Source of the DNA: Epiperipatus broadwayi | Lineage: Eukaryota; Animalia; Onychophora | DNA: 64,000 nt | Reading direction: 5' to 3' | Assembly (NCBI GenBank): GCA_028023455.1 | Contig: JAQFVV010000002.1 | Span: 992,001 to 1,056,000 of the forward strand | Part shown: piece after piece, positions 53,301-64,000 of the stretch | Layout of the letters: each line of letters starts with the position of its first letter | Position numbering within the stretch: position 1 is the first letter of the stretch | The notes under the pieces: generated by a model | Database searches by the model: none | What the model was told of the DNA's origin: nothing | The model's input: only the letters and a program-made list of their open reading frames with translations | Translations under genes and position numbers: made by a program

Positions 53301-53584
53301 ATGGATGGAACATTTAAAAAGAATACAAACTTTAATTTTATTTGTAATAATTATTTCAAAGTTTATAATTAATTGTGAAGAGAATGCTTATTGATATTGA
53401 AAAGGTTATTAACATTATGATGATCCAATCTCTCTAGAACATTTTGTTACTTAAATTAGAAATAAAATATAAATAATGAAAATTTCTTAAGTCATTGAGA
53501 ATGCTTCAGGTGCTGACATGAAATTAAAAAAAAGTAACAAAAAAGATAATAAATAAATAAAAACATACAATAACATTTTGAACG

Positions 53585-53915
53585 TTCCATCATCAGATTT
53601 TCAATGAAATGGAAGGCTAAAGAGTTGTGAGTTGGAATAGTTTGAAGCCTGTCCATTAAAGTATAAATATTGGCTATCTTAATATAAAGCTGAGTACTGA
53701 TTATATATATGTGTGAGGATAGTAATCTAGACCAACTGATGATTGCTGGCTTAGCATGAAATATGTATATTGGTGATTATTTATCTTTTCAACATGTGTG
53801 TGATCAGGTGGGTCAGCAATATGAGATGGCACTGAGAGTGGTGGATCGTGTGAAAGTCTGAGATCAAACCCTGCACATATTACATATATAAATGCAGGTT
53901 TGAGCCTGTACAATA
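53585..53915 (+). mobile_element. Family B single copy with an intact-core HHR at 53731-53774
   Basis: Matches 25398-25270 unit sequence; ACCAA-CTGATGA-T TGCT ggctt AGCA T-GAA-ATATGTAT-A/TTGGT. Confidence 0.85.
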
Positions 53916-55083
53916 TATTAATAACATATTAAGAAAAGTTAACAATTATAAATAACTCTATTATTAATAAAGATGGAAACATAGTTATTAAATTTAACTA
54001 TAAAAATAAACTCTTGACAAAATATTCTTATGAAAAATAGCTTATTAAAGACAATGACAAAAACATGGGGAAAGGTGTATAAATAAATATATTTTGGTAG
54101 AATTTGCAGGGTTGTTATTTGGACACAAAAAAATAGAGAACACACCAAAAGATGAAACTTGTTAAGTTTAACAAAAATTAAGAGATAGACATGAAATTAA
54201 TTGAAAACATTTCTTTACAGATTACACTAAAACAACCATTGAATTTGTAAACTGAATCTTAAAAGATTTTAAGAACTCCAGAAGTAAAAATAAACAATGC
54301 AGAACTTATTAATAGAAAAAAGTTTCATTTAATAAACTGATAACGGTTAAAAACCATGAGGATAGTATACAAATTATATTCCACATCTTTTTTTTTTTAT
54401 AAATAAATTATTAATATTTTAACTAGCTTTAACTCCTTTAAAAAAGTTATATAAAGACTTTGACAATATATTTAATATATCATTTTATAAGATATTGTGC
54501 GGAATATTTTAAGATTATTGAATTATAATGACATGTTGATGACGACGGATCTCAATCAAAATATTGATAATTTTATTCTTACATTATTTATGTAATCACA
54601 TAAAAATTATTTAAATGGAATTTTTGAATACTTATTAGTATATTTCTTAATTATTTTCCGAATTGAATTTCTGAACATTACCATATATATAATATTCTAA
54701 TAATTAGTTTTTAAGAAAAAAAGTTGTTAAAACAACCACCGTGCTAAATTATTAACAAATACAATATCTGACCTGGAGTTTGATTCTAACGTGGAAGTAC
54801 AAATATTGTACATAAATAAAGAATGTAACTTATAGTTAGTCTGCTCAGCTAGTTTTATAATATTCACCTCAAATAATACCTCACTAGTCAACAATGAGAT
54901 TATATACAATCATTTGTCTTTCTCACTATTTATTTTCTTTTGAACAAATTAGCAGGTTCTTGAGGAAGATAATGTAACATAATATGTATACTGGCGCTTT
55001 ATTAGTAGCCAAATGAAATACCAAGTGATGCCAAATAAAGGTTATTAGCTTTTGGTAGATACCCAATTCCTTAAATTCTGTTT

Positions 55084-55258
55084 ATAACCTTAAGACCAGG
55101 CGCTTGAAAAACGACAGTAGTGACCTCTACAAATCTTAACACAAGATTTATTTAAAAGACAAGAGCGGCTGCTCTTGTCTTTTGTCTTTTAAATAAATAT
55201 TCTGTTAAGATTAATAGAGGTCCCCAGTGTCGTTTTTCAGGCATGGTCTTAAGGTTAT
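55084..55258. mobile_element. Young fold-back MITE (about 85-bp arms, 4-nt loop)
   Basis: Termini ATAACCTTAAGACCA/TGGTCTTAAGGTTAT; the arms pair throughout; CpGs are retained. Confidence 0.85.
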
Positions 55259-57299
55259 TGCTTAATATATATTACTTTACCCGCTTAACAAATTTAATTA
55301 TTAAAAACTGTTTGTGGTTATTAACATATATAAAAGAAAAATATATGGATAAAAATGTGTTTTGGAAAAAAAAATCATATATTATAATTTAAAAGAAAAA
55401 CAACAACATGAGATTTTATCGTCTCGTGAAATATACTTTTACATTTTTATATATTTATTGATTTCATCATTTCTATTTGAAAATAAACCAAGATTATTAT
55501 TTTTTATTCAATTCAATTTATTTTGTACATTTAACATATAACAAGAAAAAAAAAAGTTATAAACTATTACGATGAAGAATTATTAATTTTTTTCTTCAGT
55601 AATATTATGAGTAAAGCAATAATCTTGATTTTTGTGATACTTAATTTATCAAAAATTATGCGCTTTTACGCTTGTTAGAGAAGCTACGTTTATTAATACT
55701 TATTTACGCTTAGCGCATTCAAAGCTCCATGGCTTCATATTCATAGCTGAGTGCAGTTGATAGTAATGATTTAATGATATTTAAAATATTAAGATGCTTA
55801 TTATATAAATAAAACAGTCTTATCGGAATTGAATTTTATACATGTCTTGTGAGTCTTATTTTTTAAAAAGATATTATTTGCTAAATTTTTGCATTCATGT
55901 AATCTGTCTTATTTTATTTTTTAAAAATCGTTCATACTATTCAGAATTACTTTTTTATTGAATGCATTGGTAGCAATTACTTTTTATACCAAGATTTTTT
56001 TCACAAACGTTTTAATTTTTTACTTATTGCTATTCTATGGTTTAAATTGCTGGATTTTCAAACTACAGATCTAATAAGTGTAAAGTTATATAATACAAGT
56101 GCATATTATGAATTTCTAATTTTATTGCTGCTGCAATAATATAATAGTTGTAATTATTAAATATTTCATTATTAGTAAAATAAAAACTCATTTGGATTTA
56201 ATATATAGTCATGAATATTAGGTGTGGATTTTTAGAATAGGATAGAAAACAGGAATTCTTTCAAAATAATTTTGTATTATTTCGTAGACAGCAAGCTTCA
56301 CATCTTCTGATTATGTAGCTGCTAAATTTTGCGACCACCAAAATTAACCAAAAAGTTCATGCAATTTAACATCAGCATAAAATCAAAGAAGATTATTGTC
56401 ATTATTACACTATTTTATAACCAAAAGATCAATTGGAAAGAATTGTTTATAGATATTTCTCTGAGTTATTGTGCTTACATTATAATCTATATAGACTTTA
56501 CAATACCATAAGACACAAAATTAAATCTATTAAAAATAAAAAAAATTAAAACTTTGCAGATTATAAAATAAAACAATACATTTAAACAAAAGGTTTCCAG
56601 AATATTTTTTAATTAAAATTTTCTAATAGGTTATCTAATTAAAAGTATTAATAGAAATTTGTTTTTGTCAATAATGACATATAATCATGATATTAATCTT
56701 TATTGAATTTTTTATTTTTCAACATTTCTTTAACTCTCTGACCAATTTATTTTTCTGAATACTTGTTGTTTACAAATTAAAACTTTTATTATAAAGATAA
56801 CAAAATTAGCACAAAAGAAAAAAAAATCGACAAAAAAAGCCTTTACTTTTTTAACATGAAACAAAAGAGTACATTTTTCTTTTAGTACAGTGGATATAAA
56901 TTGATTTTTATTCTTTGGTTTAAGTTTTAATAAATTGGTAAAAGAAACTGGCTAATTAGATATGTATCTAAAATAAAATATAACTACTTTGTTTAAGAAA
57001 ATATTTTTAAACAATTATTATTTTAATTATTACCTGTTGCTTAATGTATATGTATATATCCAGTACTCAATCAATGTAAACTAAAATAATATGATGAAAA
57101 GTAAAACTAAAATAAATCAAATTTTTTACATGTTTAAATGTAATTTATGTGGATCCATTCATATTCACATGCGCACAAAAAAGTTTTAGTTAAATAAATT
57201 AATTAAAATGAAGCAAATATACATAGACCCATATATTTTACCTTCAAAATGTATATATATATGACTTCATATTATAATGATTTTTGAGATATTCCATGT

Positions 57300-58200
57300 A
57301 GTAAACTGGCTATATAGCAGACATTTCAGTTCAATAGCAAGTATCTTCTTCAGAGTGTCCTCTTTCTCAAATCATAGGAATGCATGTAAGATTAAAAATC
57401 ATTATTTTTATCTTTCTCTTTCTCCTCATATTTAAATTCTATTGGTTGAGAAGTTTTAAAAATTAATTTGTCTTCCAATAGCTTCTTCCAAATGTTGTTA
57501 ATGTTCTTTAATTCACACCTTTCAGTCAAACTCTTGGGTCATTTAAAAATCTGTGTAGCTTCTCTTAGCAATCTCTGGTCATATTGTTCAATTTTTAATA
57601 GAATATTTGTTTTATCAAAATTGATATCATGATTAGTAAATTTTATAAGAGAATAAATAACTGGTGAATTGGATGTTTCTCTGACTGCCAGAATGTGTTC
57701 TTCCTTTCTAACATTTATTCTGTGATTAATCTGTCCAATATATGAATGTAAACAGACTCTACATGAAATTTCATATACACCATGACACACCAAAGAAATT
57801 TTATCTTTAGAAAATAGAAATATTCCATTAACTTTTTTAAAGGTAGTGTAAATTGTGTGAATATTATTTTTCCTTAGAATGTTGTCAATTTTATCAGTTA
57901 CTCTTTTTATATATGGCAAAATTGTTTTAATTTCTGATGTATCAAAATCTTTTTTCTTTTCATATGAAAAAGCCCTATTAATAATGCTGTAACTAAAACC
58001 ATTATCAACAATTTTATTAATAGAAGAAATGTCCTGGAGAAACTCGCTATCATCAGAAAGTCTTTTTGTTCTATCTAACAATGTCATTGCCACTGAAAAT
58101 AGTTGTGCAGGATGGTGTTTAAGAAGAAAAATGTAGATACCTCTCAGTGTGTGTTGGATTTTTATATATACCATGGGATAAAGAACTATCCTCCTTTTTC
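57300..58200 (-). mobile_element. Penelope-like element 3' part (RT thumb plus GIY-YIG) with a degenerate HHR-like motif at about 57318-57358
   Basis: ORF 57539-58174 contains HHPAQ...NGFS...LPYI...GVYEISCRVCLHSYIGQINHRINVRKEEH. Downstream is CTGAAGA...GAAATGTC, with stem I not paired. Confidence 0.9.
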
Positions 58201-59149
58201 AATTAAAACATCTAAAAAGGGAAATTGGTTATTTTCTATTTCCATAGTAAATTTGATATTGCTGTGAAGTTAGTTTAAAAATTAAAAAAGTCATCAAGAG
58301 CATGTTTACCATGAGGCCAAATAACAAAGGAAATTTTTTTTCATATTTATTTTCTGAGAATAGCCATTATTAAGCTTTTTAAATTTACACTCCTTAAATA
58401 ATATGATAAATTCCAAATATTTTAAATAAAGATAAATATTTATAGTTGATTATGACAGTTGTAAAAGAAAAAGAAATATATAAGAAAAAGAAAAATTGTA
58501 AAATAAATATTACTCCTTTTTTTCTCTCTTCAGTAATTTTATCTATTAATTTTTAAATTAAAAAAATAATAAAAGAAAAATAATTAAATAATGTTTATCA
58601 GTTTTTAAATGAAAAGAAAAAAATGAAGTGTTAACATTTGTTAAAGAATGCTGTTCTTAATTAAAGTTGATTTGTTTTCTTTTCTTTTTATCTCTCTAAA
58701 ACAAAAGGTGTTGCTATTCAAATGAAAATGCAATTAAAAAAATTATACTGTTTTTGACAATTAAAAGAACAATAACTACAGAGAATTTTTTTAATGATTG
58801 GAATTTTTAATTATTTAAAAGAAAAATAATGATATAAATAATGTTTTTTTAATAATAGAATCTATTGTTCAGCATTTAATGCTGTCATTTCTGAGATATT
58901 GTGTAATTGGATAGATAACAGTATTTGTCTAAAAATAAGATAGGATGCAGTTTAAAGCATCAGACTTCAATATCTAGCCATGATCAATCATTTTTCATTC
59001 ATCTGGTAAAAGAGAAAAGTAATAGCAGTTCATCTGTGAAGAGAATATGAAAAGTTAAGCTTATAGTCTGAAGTAAGAAAAATCTTGCAACTAGTTTTAA
59101 AAATGTTTTTTTTTAAAAATTGGAATTGAAAAATCCATGTGCTGAACTA

Positions 59150-59290
59150 TAGTTAAAGAAGGGAACACCAATTCAACTTGTAGTCTGTTTCACTAAGGGA
59201 AAGTGTAGAAGAAAGAATAGTACCCCTGGGAGAAATTTGCAGTAATCCTTGTTTGTCTGTCCAAAAGCATGTCTTCTTCATCCTATTTTA
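59150..59290 (+). mobile_element. Possible piggyBac-like C-terminal cysteine-rich remnant
   Basis: LVVCFTKGKCRRKNST...LFVCPKACLLHP loosely matches the PGBD C-terminal domain. Confidence 0.25.
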
Positions 59291-60999
59291 TTTTGGTATG
59301 AAAATTATTATATTGTAAAATGGATAACATTAACCTTTTATGCTGATTTTTTTATTGGCCAAGTGAGGTAAAAGTCAAAACTTTTAATTGGTCAATTCAC
59401 AATCTCAACTGTCAATTGAACAAAGTCAAGCGTCAAAATATATTCATCTTTTAATATTATATTCACTTTAGTTTCATTTGTAAAAAGTATATTAATAATT
59501 TGTCAGGTTATCAAAATGAATGAAAGTTTTTTCAAAAATAATGTTTTTTTTTTGTAATTATAAAAATATTCAATAGCAGCAAATGTAAAACGAATTCTAT
59601 TAACCAACAAAAACATTTTGTGATGCCTGTAAACATTTTGTGTCACCCAAGATTTCTTTGACAATTTTTACGGTGCAAAAAAAAGTAAATAATTTTTGTT
59701 AAAGTCTTAAGTATTTTTCTAAAATAATTTTATTTTTAGCATATTTTATCAAAATAATTTATAATTTGTCAAAAAATACTTTTAAAATGGTCTAAAACAT
59801 TTATTTATCATTTTCAAAATGAAACAAAAAGAGCTTGTAACTTTTCAGTTATTGACAACCATTTTCTTTGTTGTCAAAATTTAACATCCAATAAGATTCA
59901 AGAAGAGACCACCTACTCCTTTTGTTAAAACTACGATGACCATTTTATTGATTTTTTACTTGTAAAATAATTCAAGAGAGGGCAGCATCTTATGGAACTT
60001 CTTATTTTTCAAATGATGGTAAAACTTTAACTGTAGCATTAAAAGTGATGGGATTTGGATGGTCAGAAGCCGATGCCAAATCATCACATTTTTAACCATG
60101 ACTAGCAAGAAATGCATTAACCTGTTGTAACTTATGCTGTAAATCTGTCTTAATTTAGAAGTTATCTTCATGATTGAAATTTGAAGCTTGAAGTTATAAA
60201 AGAAAGTTAATGGAAGAACTTTTATTGAAAGTCATGGATAAAGTTAATTTGTGTTATCCTCCAGTAAAAAATAATATAATTTTAAACTAAATATTTGTAA
60301 AAAAAAACATGAAAGAAAAACTGACATATAAAGAAACTGAAAACTGTAAGTATAAACAAGAACTAAAAGAATGAAACAATTCTAGCATGCACATCTACAT
60401 TTACAAATTATGAATAATATTTATTAAATATTTTTTGTTCAAACATGTTTTTTATTATTATTTTGTGTTTTCTTCTCAAAATATAAAGATCCACTTTCAT
60501 AAGAAAAGAGGAATAAGGTTTTTCTTGAGATTTAATTGTTTATATTTTATTGTGAAAGATTGTTTTTTCAGTTTTAGTCACTAAAAAGAGAAATAACACA
60601 GTTAAAGTAAATGTTAATCAATTTATTAATAAAAATCAACAGGGTAATCTTATTTACTATATGAAATTATATTTTTATATAAAATATATTAGATTTGAAA
60701 TTGTCATATTATTATAACTCTTTTGAATTTTATTATTTTTTTATTTATCAGTTAATTTCATTAAATAATTATTCAAAATATTATTTCTCATCTGTTTTAC
60801 GAATTAGAAGTGTCTGACTTGATTTTATCATTGGACTTATTTTAAATGATTTGTAAGTGATGACATTGAAAATATTTAAATTAAAGTATATTAAGCATAT
60901 ACGTTTATATTTTCTTTCGATAATCATCACAATCTCAAGCATCCTTGTGATCCTGAACTTGCTTAACAGCAATAACTGTTAATTTATATATGTGTAAGG

Positions 61000-62600
61000 G
61001 TCTATATTTATGTTTGGCATCCAAATTGTTCTCTAATTGGTGCAATGATCAAGATCACTTTTAAAGTCCATTCACTGCCCTTTATTTATACAGATTAGAA
61101 ATTAGTATAATCAATAAAGCAAGTCAATATAGCATGACATTGCTTTTATGAGCTTATATTTACAAATATGTGATATAGAGAGCATACCATTAGCTCAGAC
61201 AGGCTCCTAATGTGTAATAAGAGAAAAATATTTAAAATCTCTATCTAGTACATTCCCATTCCCAAATCAATTGGTTTCAAGCTTGTTTGAACTATTGGTA
61301 CACTGCCTATATTAGAAATTAGTGTATAATTAGCCTTACAATTAAGGTACCATATGGACAAAGCATTCATTGTTGATGATTAGCATATATCAGGATCTCA
61401 GTATTTTTATTTGATAGATAATTTATTACTATGTGCTTGTAGATGATTGTGTTATATTATGCTCTTTGTTGACCTATATCTCAAACAGTCACAAGGGATA
61501 ACTATTGATTATTCATATTTAATGCTGAATGAAGTAATTTATAATTATCATAAGTAGTTATTTATTCTATGCTGATTCTTTCATGCTCATCTAGTAATTG
61601 ATGATTATTTACTGAGAGTATTAATTGAGATGATTTAAAGCATTCAGTGGGGATGGTGATGATTGCCATCTCTCCATATTTACCTTTTTTTGGTGTCCAA
61701 TGGTTTTTTTCTTTATGAGATATCTTTGTTGCAAATAAAATAGCTTTTTAGTGAAATGTGCTAATGCACCATAACTATTTAGTTTTGTTCAGAAGTTTCA
61801 TAAGAATTACCATGCTTTTATTCTAAAGCACTTTAAATTGGCCAATATAAATGAATATAGGTAAAAAAGATATGACTGAAATGACTTTACATTGTCTTTT
61901 AGATGGAGGGTATTTCATGGGATCAATAAATCAGTACTGAGTTTGTAATCTAATGATTTTAATATTGACTGCTAGAAAAAAGATTATATACTTGTGCAAG
62001 TTTGTGTGACCAAAAATTATCACCAACATATTAGTTGTGAGGGTTTTTGTTAGCAACTAATCTTTTTTTTAAAAAAGTGTCTTTTAATAAATTAGAAAAA
62101 AAAAATGAATTAGAGATAGTAGTATTCTTGTATCTATTAAAATCAATCTTTCTTCATATTTAAATAGTATAAAAAACATTTAAAAATAAGTATAGTTGTA
62201 TAAAGATATTGATTGCTTAAATATTTTATGGTGATTAACTTTTTAATTATTTATTATTTTCACCTTCAATCGTTATTGATCCTCTGCAGAATAATGATCT
62301 CCCCATATTTAATCCAGTTTCTCTGATCCTTATTTTTTTTTATTCAGTACATATCAACAAATTTTCTTATTCATCCAATATAAAACATGTAGTCTTTTGC
62401 TAGAAAGAAGTTTTCTGTTAACAGAAAAGTGACCATTTGATTTCTTTTTGAGACCTTAACAGAACTAAGTAGGGAAAATTCCTAATAACCACTCCATATG
62501 TTCTTTCATTGCAGCTGTTATTACTATATGTCTATTCATAAAGTAAATAAATATGAACAGGCTCACCTACCCATATCAGTTAGTATAATCAGTTTATTGG
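61000..62600 (-). mobile_element. Decayed RTE-like RT region
   Basis: Degenerate NYTLIS, LYHI and CFIDY in the expected order of NYRPIS, STIDHI and FIDF. Confidence 0.45.
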
Positions 62601-63161
62601 CTTTTTATCTCTAGGTTTGACTAAACAGCAAATTATTTATTCTCAAATGTCTGATAATTTCTTAACTAAAATCTGCAGTAATATTTCTTAAAAACACATA
62701 GAATATGTGAAAGAAGGAGCTTTTTCAAATAGATATTGATATTTATATTACTAAAAAATAATTTCTTTGGAAAAATCAATAAAATTATTATTTAGAAATT
62801 CCATGATTCTAACTTTTTTTGAAGACTATTATGAAATAAATCAGTTGCAGTATTCGCTTTGGCAACATGGCTATTGTGAAATAAATTATCAGTTATCTTT
62901 GGAATTCTTTTTTGCAACAGAGAATAAAAAAAAACTAAGTAACAACAACTTCAACTACTGAATGACAATTTTTATTTAATAATGACTGATTACTATGCCT
63001 TAAATTTATGCATTAATCTGTTCAAAATAAAATTTAGAATATACCTATTAAGTTTGTTAAAATGATTTTTTTGCTGGAGTAACCAATAATAAATTTGCTA
63101 TTGCACAAACATTTTTTTTAAAGTTGCAACATTACACAACTGCACTAAAATCACCATAGAT

Positions 63162-63650
63162 CAGGGGTGGGCAAATAGCGGCCCAAGGGCCACATGCGGC
63201 CCACTAAGAGTTTTTATGTGGCCCACCAAGACAATCAGAAAAATCCACTTTGAAATGAGATTTCTTTCCCATGCAGGACCAAAGATTCATCTTGTATTTT
63301 CCACTAGGATGGCCACATCAATACACATGCACAGTGTAGATATAATGTGCAGTGCTTTTCCAGTTGATCTGGTTAATTTCAATTTTGTCTTTGCATGAGC
63401 AAATATATACATTTCCAACATTAGTGAAATCATGAACCCTCTGAAAAAATGTAAAATCAGTGATTCAAGAGTTTAATGAAGAATGGATAAACAAATATTT
63501 CTTTGGTAATACAGGAAATAAAGCAGTGTGTTTATTGGGTCATGAAAAAAGGTGCAGCCCTCCGCTAACCTTTGCTTCCACAAAGTGGCCCCCGATGCAG
63601 TTCTCCACCAACATCTGCAGCCCCTAAGCCAAAACAATTGCCCACCCCTG
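63162..63650 (+). mobile_element. hAT (Buster/Charlie-like) internally deleted element
   Basis: TIR CAGGGGTGGGCAA...TTGCCCACCCCTG, perfect 8-bp TSD CCATAGAT (63154-63161 and 63651-63658), internal FNEEWINKYFFGNTGNKAVCLL transposase N-terminal remnant. Confidence 0.92.
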
Positions 63651-64000
63651 CCATAGATCAATATTTTATGCTCATAGATTTCTCAAGTATTACTTCAAAT
63701 CATTATTATATTAGATCTTATCTAAATATAAAATTTTTTAATGCCATTTTAATCTGAATAAAATTCAGTCTTTTTCTATATAGTATTAATAATAACATCT
63801 AATAATATCCTACATTTTGTTGAAAGCATAACTGTTTTACAATCATGCTTATGTAATAAATAATAAGCAACTCTATGATGATATCAGAATATTTAACATT
63901 GAATTAAGTTTCTGTTTAAGCTACGATTATACTTTCTACAACAATAACATTTTTAAACTATTGACATTTACATCTTAATCTTTTAATTTTGGAATGTATC

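Noticed and set aside
58035-58060. Minus-strand CTGATGA as an HHR
   Set aside because: It is coding sequence (RLSDDSEF) of the PLE ORF, with no GAAA or stems.
59900-60200. Transib-like transposase remnant
   Set aside because: There is only a vague DAALS*II resemblance with many stops and no TIR or TSD identified.
1-64000. Most 60-95 aa ORFs in the supplied track
   Set aside because: They are low-complexity I/K/F/N-rich products expected by chance in AT-rich DNA, or antisense to transposon remnants.

Overview
Very AT-rich, CpG-depleted eukaryotic DNA, probably invertebrate; the species cannot be determined from the sequence. It is mostly intronic or intergenic and filled with decayed transposons: an L1/Tx1-like LINE, a CR1-like LINE, RTE fragments, two Ty3/Gypsy pol remnants, Penelope-like element (PLE) GIY-YIG remnants, hAT and Tc1/pogo-type MITEs, and several fold-back elements. 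No intact long ORF and no host gene could be named; only candidate exons were found. The main unexplained signal is about twelve minimal type I hammerhead ribozyme (HHR) motifs in at least three short repeat families (A, B, C), plus two degenerate motifs 3' of PLE ORFs. The ten family copies share a palindromic stem III. They occur as tandem 415-470 nt units, as head-to-head inversions and as 14-15 bp TSD-flanked insertions, which is the architecture of PLE pseudo-LTRs or non-autonomous retrozyme-like elements. HHRs in PLEs are known biology; these particular families, their mismatch at the base of stem II, and a palindrome centred on the cleavage site deserve follow-up. Motif coordinates were read by eye, and the ends of decayed elements are approximate.
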